A program made the position numbers and the translations under genes. A stretch of 64,000 nt of DNA from Candidatus Latescibacterota bacterium (GTDB lineage Bacteria > Latescibacterota > UBA2968), in assembly GCA_965214925.1 (NCBI GenBank), contig OZ244028.1, positions 709,121 through 773,120 on the forward strand, given 5' to 3'. Positions 39,910 to 49,610 of the stretch are shown here, piece by piece. The notes below the pieces were generated by a model. That model saw only the letters and a program-made list of their open reading frames with translations, had not been told where the DNA came from and made no database searches. How positions within the stretch are numbered: position 1 is the first letter of the stretch; every line of letters starts with the position of its first letter.

Positions 39910-42654
39910 TTAATTGACAATCACAAACAGACCCTTCTGGATCTGCCCCATACTTGCGGGATGGTGCGATTCAATCGCCCAGATATAAGCACCGGCATTG
40001 AGACGACCGCGCGTATTGGCATTCAAGCCCACTGTGTGGGTATCCCATTCGATCTCTGCACGCGCCACCGGGTTGCCCCGCTGTGGATCGAGCGTATCAA
40101 AGGTTTGACGCCAAGCCAGGTCCCCGCTGAGCGTGTAAATATACAGCGTACACCGACTCGGCACATTGATCCACCGAATGCGAGGGGCACCATAGCTGTG
40201 CTCATCCCTGCCCTGCACCCAAGGGTTGGGCACCACGCGAATCGGCAAAGACATATTTTCATTTGCATCGTTGAGCAAGGCAGATGTCAAACGCGGCACA
40301 ATGCCATCGGCGGGGAACAAATACTGATGGCGCTCATCCGAGTGCCCGGTTTCCAAGCCCTGCTCGTCATACGCGCGTATCGAATAGTGGTGAATAAACC
40401 CGGGGTCCGGCTCTGGATCGATAAACGTGTACATGCCCCAACGGAAAGGACCATCGACCTCCGCCTCGGCGGGTTGTTCCTGGCCTTCTGCCCAGGGCTG
40501 ATTGAGAAAAGTTGCACCTGCGGGCACGCCTGCGGGCAACTGCCGTTCGCCTTCGGGGCCCTCGGCCTTGGGGATCGTGGCCAGCAATTTCCACGGGCCG
40601 GCCCGCATAAATTCAGAGCGATAGACCCGATACCCCAGCACATCGGGGCGCCCCAGATCCGGATCAATCGCGGTATCGGCAACACCCGACCAGTTCAGTT
40701 CGATATTGCCATCCAAGTTCGTCATCCCATTGACCTTCACATCGGGCGGTTGATTGACTCCGTCAAACCCCAAGTCATACAACTTTTGCGCTTCATTGCC
40801 ATGTGCATAGATCGCTTCGAGACCCAGTTCCAGTTCATTGACCAAACTCTGCTGCTGCCAGTTCCACTCATAAGGCCGCGCATAACCCTCGGTATCCATG
40901 CGATACTTCGCCGAATTGGACGCCATACCCCCCACATAAGCAATCACCACTTTGGCCTTGTCCCCAGGACTTAAGGTATAAGGGCCATAAACCTGTGCAT
41001 CGATCCACGCACCCAGTTCGTCATTGTTGTGGCTCTGCACCATCCGGTCGGTCTCGTCTTCCCCGAGCACGCCGGCAGCATCGCTGTAAATATCAAATAA
41101 TTGACGCTCGCCATGCGTGCCCCCATGCGGATCATCACCCAAAGCCGAAGAATACATGCGCCACCTGAACACGGTGTGCGGCTGCGGCCCTTGTGGCTTT
41201 ACATAACCGCCTCTTCTATCCAGTGCATTAAACGGATGATCCGATGTGCCCGTGGCAATTGGCATCATCCCGATATACTGCGGAGAAAGCAAGGTGCCAT
41301 CCTGTAAATTGGATGTGGATACATACTGATGTTGCGCGCGAGAGCGGGTGTAAGGCTCTCCGTAGTCATTCCACAAGCGGGCAACCGCATCGCCATCATA
41401 CACATACGTCAGGTGCATCGGCGCGCCCTTGTAGTTGAGGGCATACTCTGGATGGTCGTAATTTTTTGCCTGTGTGTAACGCCAGTAATCATCTTGTGTT
41501 GAGGGCTGAACGAGATTCCAAGCATTTGAGTTCGATCCGCCAGCAGGCACCCACTCAGCACCGGTCCTGCTGGTGATGAATCCGTTTTTGACCACGATAT
41601 AGACTTCGTCGAGTTGCTTGGGATAGCCGGGATCGGCACTGCCATCGCCGTCGGCATCGCCATTGTTCCAGAACTCGATCTCGGTGATCAAAAAGTCATC
41701 GTAATCACCTGTGGTCACAATCGACGACTGCTTGCCATTGGGAGACGGCACCGGGATCATCACGTCATTATCCGTACCAGGCGTGGAATACGCATGGATC
41801 GACCGCTTCACCGAAATACCCGAAGCCTGTGACCAACCCGTCACCAGCAGATTCTCACCGAACAACTCGGGCGACAGGCGCGGATTGTTCGGCCTGACGC
41901 CATTCGAGCGCATCTGATTCAACCCGGCGCGCACTGTTCTGTAGGACGACTCCAGCATCTCCTTAAATGCCTCTTTGTTCAGCGGATAATGCCCAAAGCC
42001 CCAGTTGTAATAATCCATTGGCTCCACTTTGTCGGGCCCGGGTGGAAAACCCCGCTGCCCCAAACCGCCATAAGTACTGACGTCAAATTGGTATTCGACA
42101 GCCTCGCCATTTACAAAGTGACTCTTGATCTTCATGTTCCGCATGCGCGGCCAGTAAAGCGCGGCATTCTGTCCGTAATTGAACAGATTAAACGGACGCC
42201 CACCAGACCGCCACACAGACCGCCAGATCGGCGCAATGCCTTCGACATTGTTGCGCGGATTGTGCTGGATCGGAAAAATGTCTGCGGTCGGCTGGCGGGG
42301 GCCTCCCTGAGAGACAAACTTGCGACCATCGTCTGTACGCGCCATCACCCACACGCCATTGCCCCGCGAATTGTCCGGCCGATTCACGCGGTTCACAATG
42401 CCCGCCCGATAGGTCGAGGTCCACCGCCCGGGATAGGACATGCCCACTTCAACTCCAAAGGTGCTGCCACCATCCAGTGAGTGCCCCAGGGTGCCATTGT
42501 TCCGCATCGACAGCCAGAGTTTTGCGCGATTGGTCGTGCGGCGGCGCGTGCGCTGCTGCGCGTCTGCATCGATTGCTGTCCACAATTCCGATGCCCCCCA
42601 CAGCACGACAAACGCGAGCAACACCCGTACAAATCGCTTCCAAATCCGTTGCAT
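39910..42654 (-). CDS. large secreted protein with an FN3-like domain and a T9SS-type C-terminal sorting domain (Por_Secre_tail-like)
   Basis: 914 aa with a signal peptide. The C-terminal about 80 aa (CTLYIYTLSGDLAWRQTF...EIEWD...AGAYIWAIESHH...KGLFVIVN) match the TIGR04183-style CTD pattern. Confidence 0.55.
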   Translation of the reverse strand: MQRIWKRFVRVLLAFVVLWGASELWTAIDADAQQRTRRRTTNRAKLWLSMRNNGTLGHSLDGGSTFGVEVGMSYPGRWTSTYRAGIVNRVNRPDNSRGNGVWVMARTDDGRKFVSQGGPRQPTADIFPIQHNPRNNVEGIAPIWRSVWRSGGRPFNLFNYGQNAALYWPRMRNMKIKSHFVNGEAVEYQFDVSTYGGLGQRGFPPGPDKVEPMDYYNWGFGHYPLNKEAFKEMLESSYRTVRAGLNQMRSNGVRPNNPRLSPELFGENLLVTGWSQASGISVKRSIHAYSTPGTDNDVMIPVPSPNGKQSSIVTTGDYDDFLITEIEFWNNGDADGDGSADPGYPKQLDEVYIVVKNGFITSRTGAEWVPAGGSNSNAWNLVQPSTQDDYWRYTQAKNYDHPEYALNYKGAPMHLTYVYDGDAVARLWNDYGEPYTRSRAQHQYVSTSNLQDGTLLSPQYIGMMPIATGTSDHPFNALDRRGGYVKPQGPQPHTVFRWRMYSSALGDDPHGGTHGERQLFDIYSDAAGVLGEDETDRMVQSHNNDELGAWIDAQVYGPYTLSPGDKAKVVIAYVGGMASNSAKYRMDTEGYARPYEWNWQQQSLVNELELGLEAIYAHGNEAQKLYDLGFDGVNQPPDVKVNGMTNLDGNIELNWSGVADTAIDPDLGRPDVLGYRVYRSEFMRAGPWKLLATIPKAEGPEGERQLPAGVPAGATFLNQPWAEGQEQPAEAEVDGPFRWGMYTFIDPEPDPGFIHHYSIRAYDEQGLETGHSDERHQYLFPADGIVPRLTSALLNDANENMSLPIRVVPNPWVQGRDEHSYGAPRIRWINVPSRCTLYIYTLSGDLAWRQTFDTLDPQRGNPVARAEIEWDTHTVGLNANTRGRLNAGAYIWAIESHHPASMGQIQKGLFVIVN

Positions 42655-42706
42655 AAGTTAGCTCCTTCTTAAGAATACCTAATGCTATTGGGAATCGTCA
42701 CTCCCG

Positions 42707-42775
42707 CGAACGCGGGAGTCCAGCGACTTTTGCTTTTCTCATCGCGATCTGGATTCCTACTTTCGCAGGAATGAC
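42707..42775. repeat. pair of REP-like hairpins (gtcactcccgcgaacgcgggagtccag and ggattcctactttcgcaggaatgac)
   Basis: Near-perfect palindromes. A related pair in swapped order lies at 55187-55246. Confidence 0.55.
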
Positions 42776-42795
42776 GCCCAATTACAGATCAGGGG

Positions 42796-45700
42796 TTAAA
42801 ATTTCATCCGCAAACCAAAGTGGAACTCGCGCGGCGAATCCTGAAACCGCAGATAATCGCCCACATCGCCAAATTCAGTATATTCGGGGTTGTCCGGCAA
42901 TGGCGTGTAAATCACACCCCATTCCACGTACTCGGCCCCCACTTCCACCAACTGATTATCCACGCGATAGCTGATGTGCGGATCTTTCTGATTGAACAGA
43001 TTGAACGCTTCGAAGAAGGTCGTCATGCTCACGCGCCTGTTGAACCGAAATGTCTTCTCAAAGTTGAGATCCGTGCGCGTGTGGATCGGCCCATTGTAAA
43101 ACCCTTCACCGCCTTTTTCGGGCGGCGAATAGAAGAACCGACGCCCCGTGAACAGGCGATACACCACATTCAGGCGCAAATTCTCAAACGGACGGAAGCC
43201 CACAAACCGGGGGCCAAATGCTCTGGGCGAGGAAAACATAAATGTCACCGTGCCAAAGTTGGTTCGGTTCAAATTGGCCGGGCGAAATTCCTGAGACTGG
43301 TTAAGGCGCTGTAGCCAGGTACTCGCTCCCTTGCCGTCCCAGTTGACCAGGCTGTTTTCAGGATCCAGCGACCAGTTGTTGCGCCCAACACCATCTTCGA
43401 CCTGTTCGATATGATTGCGCGCTTGACTACCAAAAGCTTGTGCGCGGGTAAAGCGCGTAATCCCATCCATCGGCCTGGGAAATTCTTCGCCCGTATCGTT
43501 GCCATTGACGATACCGAGGCCAACAACACCTTCCCCAACAAAATCGCCGTCGCCATTGGAATCGTGCGTCCACTCATACCAATAGTGCGACAGGAAGTTG
43601 CCATCGTTGTCGATATAGCCGGCGTAGTTACCAAAGTTTGACGGATTCTTCGTCGCCAGTCTGTCTGGGTTGATATAGTGTGAGCCGCGAACACCCGATT
43701 GGCCATTTTCAACCCACTGCACGTTGTACGCAATCGTAAACGCGGTCATGTGGTTGAATTTCTTCTTCAAGGACAATTCAAAGCCGCGCGTGTCGCGGTT
43801 GTTCGTCTGACCCGATGCTTGCACCGAGCGGTTGTGCTGCAAACCCTGAGACTGCATCCCGTAATTGCCACCGCTTCGGCGGTTGACCTGTTGCTTGTAA
43901 TACGCGGTCAAACCCGCGGTGTAATCCGTGATGAAGTTCCAGTCTGCACCCACTTCAAAACTCGTGGTCACCAGCGGCTCGATCTTCGGCCATCCCCACT
44001 GCCCCGCATCCACGACATCCTGCGTATTGAACAACTCGGATTCGTCGATCCGACCATTTTGGTTCACATCATCAAAATTCTCTTCGGTGCGATAGCTGTG
44101 TGAGAAAATCCACCAGAACTGCTCGATCTGTTCAAACTTGCCAAACGTGAAGTGCATCGCGCTGCTCTCTGTAATCGGATGCGACACCCCCACGCGCGGC
44201 GACAACACATGGATCGAGCTCGGGCGATAGGTTGGGATATTCTCGACTTTTGTCGGATCGTGATACTTGTACAGAGGAATAAAATGTTCCGATTGTGGCA
44301 TCTCGGTATTCGGGCTCCAGCGCAACCCGCGCAAGCCCACATTCACCACAATCCCTTCAAACTCCATCTTGTCCTGAAAATACACGGCATATTGACGCGG
44401 CACCACGCCGATGCCGGGATTGTTGAACTGGCTGTAATACCGTTCAATCAGGCCCCTGATGTCGTTTTTGTTGCGGGAGAAGCCCCAGTTGTCGAAAAAC
44501 AAAAAGTCAATCCCGGTTTTGATGAAGTGCCCCTTGGTCACCTGGCTCGAATAGTCAAACTTGAGTTGATAGCGATCGCGCTCTGAATTTGTCCAGTTCA
44601 CCACCGGACGACCAATGTAAAACCACCCGGACTCATTGCCAATGCCCGGCTCGACGTAGGGCTGATCCGTATTGACCGGCAATTCCGTATTTATCTCAGA
44701 TGTGCGCGAATACGAGAACCGAACTTCGTAAAACGTGCGCGCGGATAAGGTGTGCGTCAAAGACGCATAATTCATAAAATCGCGCGTGCGCCGCTTGCCC
44801 GCCCCCGAGTATTCCGCAGGCACAAAGAGATTGCGCCCCGAAGAGTTCATATTCTTGCGCGAACCCTGCTCAATTCTCCGAATGACCCCGGCATTGTACC
44901 GCGAACGCTGATTGAATAGAGAACCGTAGTTAAATTTGATGTTGCTGCTCGAGCGATAGGTCAGCTTGAAGTTCGTGCGGTTGTTGAACAATGACGTCGC
45001 GGTTGGTGCTGGCAAAGACGACGGATTGCGATTCATTGAAGACGTCAACGTGAACCCCATCTTATTCATAATCGGGCCGCCCAGCATCGCTTCGCCGCGA
45101 CCGCCCCACACACCCGTGTAATCCTGGCGAATGTGAAACTTTCGCTGGACATCGTCGGCGGCAAACTGCGTATCGGTGATTTCACCCGTTTCATTGCTGT
45201 GCCCCAAAGTCCCATCGGGGCCGGGGAACCACGCTTGCAAGTTCTCCCATTCGCTGTTGCCCCACTGCATCTTGCCGCGATGCACGGGTGCTTCATACAC
45301 ATTCGCCCCCCAGTGCTTCTGCCCAGGCGGCGTGATGCGATATTCGCCCCTGCCCGTGTACTTCTGGCCCCCTTCTTTTGTCACCACCGAAACAACGGAA
45401 CCCGCATTGCCATACTCCGCGTTCATCCCGCCACTCAACACCGTCAGTTCTTGCACGGCACTGGTGTTCACACCTTGAAACCGCGTAAACCCGGCGCGCG
45501 CGTCGTTGTTCACCACGCGCACTCCATCCACCATATACGCGGTCTCCCAGAAGTTGCCGCCGCGAACGCTCTCTTCCTCATCGGGCGTCACACCCGCCTG
45601 CAACTCCACAAAATCCGACATTTCGCGCACGATTGGCAACGACTCGATCTCTTCTGCCGTGATCACCGACTTGCTCTCGGTTTTGTCGTGCTCCACGGGC

Positions 45701-46074
45701 GGACGCTCGGCAACCACGATCATCTCGCCCAGTTGAAGGGCTTCTTCCTGCACTTGAAAGTTCACCATCGTGGTGTGATCTACATTGACCACCACACCCG
45801 TGCGAACAGACTTTGAATATCCCATCATCACGGCTTCGATATCATACGTACCGGGTGGGATATTGATGATGAAGTATTCTCCCTTCTCGTCGGTGATCCC
45901 GGCGCGTTTCACACCGTCAATATCGATCACCACATTGGCACCGGGCACGGGATCACCTGTCACCTCAGCGACCCTACCGCTGATTTTACCCGTCGTGCCC
46001 GCATCTGCCAACCCAGTGCTGATCAGCAGCGCGCCCAACAGGCTCCAACAAAACACTAATCGCTTGCCCATATA
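42796..46074 (-). CDS. TonB-dependent receptor, SusC/RagA-like, with N-terminal carboxypeptidase-regulatory-like domain
   Basis: Signal peptide. GKISGRV...GANVVIDIDGVKRAGITDEKGEYFI (CarbopepD_reg), a plug, a long barrel, and a terminal ...FHFGLRMKF. The ORF extends to 46116. Confidence 0.8.
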   Translation of the reverse strand, partial: YMGKRLVFCWSLLGALLISTGLADAGTTGKISGRVAEVTGDPVPGANVVIDIDGVKRAGITDEKGEYFIINIPPGTYDIEAVMMGYSKSVRTGVVVNVDHTTMVNFQVQEEALQLGEMIVVAERPPVEHDKTESKSVITAEEIESLPIVREMSDFVELQAGVTPDEEESVRGGNFWETAYMVDGVRVVNNDARAGFTRFQGVNTSAVQELTVLSGGMNAEYGNAGSVVSVVTKEGGQKYTGRGEYRITPPGQKHWGANVYEAPVHRGKMQWGNSEWENLQAWFPGPDGTLGHSNETGEITDTQFAADDVQRKFHIRQDYTGVWGGRGEAMLGGPIMNKMGFTLTSSMNRNPSSLPAPTATSLFNNRTNFKLTYRSSSNIKFNYGSLFNQRSRYNAGVIRRIEQGSRKNMNSSGRNLFVPAEYSGAGKRRTRDFMNYASLTHTLSARTFYEVRFSYSRTSEINTELPVNTDQPYVEPGIGNESGWFYIGRPVVNWTNSERDRYQLKFDYSSQVTKGHFIKTGIDFLFFDNWGFSRNKNDIRGLIERYYSQFNNPGIGVVPRQYAVYFQDKMEFEGIVVNVGLRGLRWSPNTEMPQSEHFIPLYKYHDPTKVENIPTYRPSSIHVLSPRVGVSHPITESSAMHFTFGKFEQIEQFWWIFSHSYRTEENFDDVNQNGRIDESELFNTQDVVDAGQWGWPKIEPLVTTSFEVGADWNFITDYTAGLTAYYKQQVNRRSGGNYGMQSQGLQHNRSVQASGQTNNRDTRGFELSLKKKFNHMTAFTIAYNVQWVENGQSGVRGSHYINPDRLATKNPSNFGNYAGYIDNDGNFLSHYWYEWTHDSNGDGDFVGEGVVGLGIVNGNDTGEEFPRPMDGITRFTRAQAFGSQARNHIEQVEDGVGRNNWSLDPENSLVNWDGKGASTWLQRLNQSQEFRPANLNRTNFGTVTFMFSSPRAFGPRFVGFRPFENLRLNVVYRLFTGRRFFYSPPEKGGEGFYNGPIHTRTDLNFEKTFRFNRRVSMTTFFEAFNLFNQKDPHISYRVDNQLVEVGAEYVEWGVIYTPLPDNPEYTEFGDVGDYLRFQDSPREFHFGLRMKF

Positions 46075-46143
46075 CGACCCTCCAAAAAAAGGTTGTGAAT
46101 TAAAACCCCGTTCCATGCTGGAAAACGGAACCTGACGGACCGT

Positions 46144-46959
46144 TTAATCAAAATAGTATTTGAAACTCACGCCGGCATCCAATGTCCATATCGGAAACGC
46201 CTTGTTCAGCCCCCATGAGGTCAACGGATTGATCTCGCCAAAGATCAAATTGTAACGCACGCGCAAATCAATGCCATAAGACGCCCCTATCGATCCCTCC
46301 ACACCAGCACTCACGGGAATGGTCCACGCTGTGCGGGTATCCTCTGTGGGCTCCTTCCCATACAACAACACCTGACCATTGACAACCTGACCGATGCTGT
46401 TCTTTTGCGCTTCAGTCATAGTCGAAGCATCTAAGTCTGGACTGCCGGGATACACCAGCAGAACTTGCACGCGTCCATCATCCACCTCCTCGGGAATATT
46501 GGGATTGGTTGGGATAATCAAGCCATGCTTCACCTTGTGGCTATAGTCGTAAAACCCAAGCCCCAAGCCCAAATACGGCGACCACTTCCGATCAGACATC
46601 GTCTCGGCATTTTCCCTAAAAAACCACAGCCAATTTGAGGACACACTGTTCCAGGTCATCTTTGAATCGGCATCGGGGCTTGGAACCTGACGCCCGTGAT
46701 ATGCAAATGTGCGACCGGGAAGATTTGAACTGCGAAACTTCGAGTAGTGATACTCCACCTCTGTGGTCAGACGCGGCGAAATTACATAACTCACATTCAC
46801 ACCGTATTTCAAATCGCCCGAATACCAGCCATTCAAAGGGCCTGTTGGCTGGTGATAATTCACCAATCCGCCAATAGCCCACATGCCCATATCGCGGGCG
46901 TCAATTGAAGATGCCAATAAGAAAATCCCGGCGGATAAAATCAAAGACAATCTTTTCAA
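46144..46959 (-). CDS. outer-membrane beta-barrel protein (TTG start, AGGAGG SD)
   Basis: 271 aa with a signal peptide, alternating beta-strand pattern and C-terminal ...FKYYFD. Confidence 0.55.
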   Translation of the reverse strand: MKRLSLILSAGIFLLASSIDARDMGMWAIGGLVNYHQPTGPLNGWYSGDLKYGVNVSYVISPRLTTEVEYHYSKFRSSNLPGRTFAYHGRQVPSPDADSKMTWNSVSSNWLWFFRENAETMSDRKWSPYLGLGLGFYDYSHKVKHGLIIPTNPNIPEEVDDGRVQVLLVYPGSPDLDASTMTEAQKNSIGQVVNGQVLLYGKEPTEDTRTAWTIPVSAGVEGSIGASYGIDLRVRYNLIFGEINPLTSWGLNKAFPIWTLDAGVSFKYYFD

Positions 46960-47139
46960 AGGTGCCTCCTTTCGGACGAATCGGTTTGAGGGATCAAAAC
47001 AGGGTGAATAGTATAATATTCAAATAAGCATCAATACAAGTATTTATTTTTTTAAAATTGACGTGGATTACTGCGTTGTGTTTGCGCCTGTTGGCATGTC
47101 TGTGATTCGACTCTTTGATTTCGCTCAGAGACCGCAAGT

Positions 47140-47400
47140 TCAGCAACACGGCAGACAGGGCATAGGTCTAAAACATCAGCAATTTCTTCTTGAGGGCGGA
47201 TCGGATGCTCGTTCATCGCGCATTCGGAATCTAACTCCTGTTTCGGTCCATCAAGAGGCGCGTCCGAAACGCCAGGGGGTTGCTCACAGGATTCAGAACT
47301 ACAGAACCAATTATTAGTAAATTATTAGTATTAGACCACAAAATCAACTTTGGCGTTCCGATAAAAATGGATGAATGGAAACGCGCATGGGCTCGCAGGC
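47140..47400 (-). promoter_or_regulatory. duplicated copy of the ECF sigma gene promoter (GGAACGC-N16-GTCTAA), 5' UTR, first 5 codons and a 3' snippet
   Basis: About 170 nt are near-identical to 59640-59780, with a 36-nt AT-rich insertion. -35 is at 47353-47359 and -10 at 47331-47336 (minus strand), oriented toward the OMP/TBDR operon. Confidence 0.6.
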
Positions 47401-47777
47401 AGGCGACGCGCCGGAAATCATCTTACGAGATGTGCCGGCTTTCGCCAGAATAATTTTTAGACATCCTACAATAGCGACAAAAAGACATTCAAAACACTTA
47501 TAAATCACAACGCAAAAAATAAGAATACCTGAATTGATCTATTAATTGATAGGCAACAAAATAATAAAGCTCAAGCGATCTTGTCAACAAAAAATTTTAC
47601 AAAACAAAACGCATGTTCCCATCTGTGCACCTGATCGCTCGCTCTGCTCATTGTCGGATGTGGCGGTGCCATGCCTGCGCGTGCGCCCGTGCGCTGATGA
47701 CTGCTACCGCGGTTGTATCCCGTTCTCGTTTTGTTGCGTTGTGGGCTATGTATGTGCGTCAATTCGCCTCCATCGTC

Positions 47778-48770
47778 TTACAAATCCGCAATGCGGGTAA
47801 TGTCTGCCGCGTTCAATTTTCTTTCAAAGCGGGGGCCGTATTTGGCGACCACGCGCGAGGAAATATAAGTTGCGAGCCTCGCAGCCTGAACCGTGTTGTA
47901 GCCATGGGTCACAGCAAACAAATAAGCGCCGGCGAACGAGTCGCCCGCGCCATTGGTATCTACGGCTTCCACCTCAAATCCCGGCGCGTGCAACGCGTCG
48001 CCACCGTTGCAAACCCAGGCTCCGTCAGCGCCGCGCGTCACGGCCAAATCGTCCACCTGACCGCTCAGCGCGTCAAAAGCCTCTTCGGTTGTATCGGCAT
48101 GGGTGAACATCTTGGCTTCATCTTCATTGCAAAGCAGCATATCCACACCTGCATCTACCAATGCAGCCATTCTGTTCTTAAAAGCTGCCACAATAGACGG
48201 ATCGCTCAAGGTAAGCGCGACCTTTGTGCCGCGCGCATGCGCGATCTCTTGCGCCATTTTTGCCGCTTCAAAACCATCGTCTGCTGCAACCAGATAGCCT
48301 TCAATATAAATGAATTGGCTGTCGGCAATCACGGCTTCCTCGATCTGATCGGGGCCAAATGTACTCGTAACGCCCAAAAATGTATTCATCGTGCGGTCGG
48401 CATCCTCCGTAATCATCACCAGACACTTGCCCGTGATCCCGGCCGCGCGATTTGACAGATTGGACGCCACCCCTGCCGCGCGGAGATCGCGAAGATAAAA
48501 ATCGCCATCTGGATCTTCGGCCACTTTGCATCCGTAATATCCCCGACCGCCACAATTGGCCAGCGCGATCATCGTATTGGCCGCGGAACCGCCCGACGAG
48601 CGCGCCATTTCTCGCTCGCCCAAGGCGCCGATCAGCGCGCGCTGACGGTCTTTTTTAATCAGGGTCATCACACCTTTGTCGATCCCCATCGCCTCGAGAA
48701 ATAACGGGGATACCCGATACTGGATATCCACCAGCGCGTTGCCCAACCCGTACACATGGTATTGACGCAT
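47778..48770 (-). CDS. PfkB-family carbohydrate/nucleoside kinase (adenosine kinase-like)
   Basis: GLGNALVD start and DTNGAGDSFAGAY (DTxGAGD) motif. Confidence 0.75.
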   Translation of the reverse strand: MRQYHVYGLGNALVDIQYRVSPLFLEAMGIDKGVMTLIKKDRQRALIGALGEREMARSSGGSAANTMIALANCGGRGYYGCKVAEDPDGDFYLRDLRAAGVASNLSNRAAGITGKCLVMITEDADRTMNTFLGVTSTFGPDQIEEAVIADSQFIYIEGYLVAADDGFEAAKMAQEIAHARGTKVALTLSDPSIVAAFKNRMAALVDAGVDMLLCNEDEAKMFTHADTTEEAFDALSGQVDDLAVTRGADGAWVCNGGDALHAPGFEVEAVDTNGAGDSFAGAYLFAVTHGYNTVQAARLATYISSRVVAKYGPRFERKLNAADITRIADL

Positions 48771-48875
48771 GACCTCTCCCAAAAAAATAAAGCCACACGG
48801 CCTTCAAATTTGTTCAGATTGTCGGCTCTGTGTGATACGTGGTTTCGCGCCCCGTGGGCGATCCGAGCATGACTA

Positions 48876-49610
48876 TTAGACTTTTCTGCCGCCAAAGACA
48901 GCGAGTTCAAAAAGCTTGAAATAACAATCTACGTCTGAAAAACCAACGGCTCTGAGCCAGCGGCATTGATCTTCAACGGGCGCGAGGATATTGGCTTGTT
49001 TGTCGTCGCGATAATAATACGCCCGCGCGATTTCACTGCGAGATGCGTTTGGATCGCGCCGCGTGATGGTGGCATAGAGCGCGTCGATAAATCGATCGTC
49101 AAAGCGCGTCTCGACCCATTTTGTCGGCGAGCGCACATGCTCGACATTGATGAACACGCCATTGGGTGCCAACAGGTTAAAAATTTCGCCATAGATTTCG
49201 CGTTTGCGTTTGTCGCTTTGGTGGTGAATGGAAAAACCGGATACAATGGCGTCATAAGGCGCGTCATCCGCAACCCGCGCGACCCAGTTGGGTATTGCAT
49301 AGTCACCGATTACAAAACGATGTTTTGGGGCTGCGCCGGCAAAACGGTTCTGCGCGGCTTCGATCATGGTTTCGGAAAAGTCAAAAAAAACGCCGCGCGC
49401 GTCCGGGTGGTGTTCTATCACCGCAGCGCCGAGTATGCCATCGCCACACCCCAGGTCGAGCACGTTGTCGATCTCGTGATCGTCGGCATTGATCACGCGG
49501 CACATGACGTCGATCTGTTCGTCAGATAGCGGAATGGCCTGCCGAATATCTCTGACGTATTTCTGAGCCAGATCCCGCGCTTGCCAGGCCGTGTCTTTGC
49601 GTTTGCTCAT
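48876..49610 (-). CDS. class I SAM-dependent methyltransferase
   Basis: VLDLGCGDGILG motif I. Confidence 0.7.
   Translation of the reverse strand: MSKRKDTAWQARDLAQKYVRDIRQAIPLSDEQIDVMCRVINADDHEIDNVLDLGCGDGILGAAVIEHHPDARGVFFDFSETMIEAAQNRFAGAAPKHRFVIGDYAIPNWVARVADDAPYDAIVSGFSIHHQSDKRKREIYGEIFNLLAPNGVFINVEHVRSPTKWVETRFDDRFIDALYATITRRDPNASRSEIARAYYYRDDKQANILAPVEDQCRWLRAVGFSDVDCYFKLFELAVFGGRKV

Noticed and set aside
47063-47317. 84-aa plus-strand ORF across the duplicated sigma-promoter region (and its twin 59669-59875)
   Set aside because: Both ORFs are just the same repeat translated (shared VHQEARPKRQ.VAHRI). The sequence is better explained as promoter/5'-UTR DNA of the minus-strand sigma gene.
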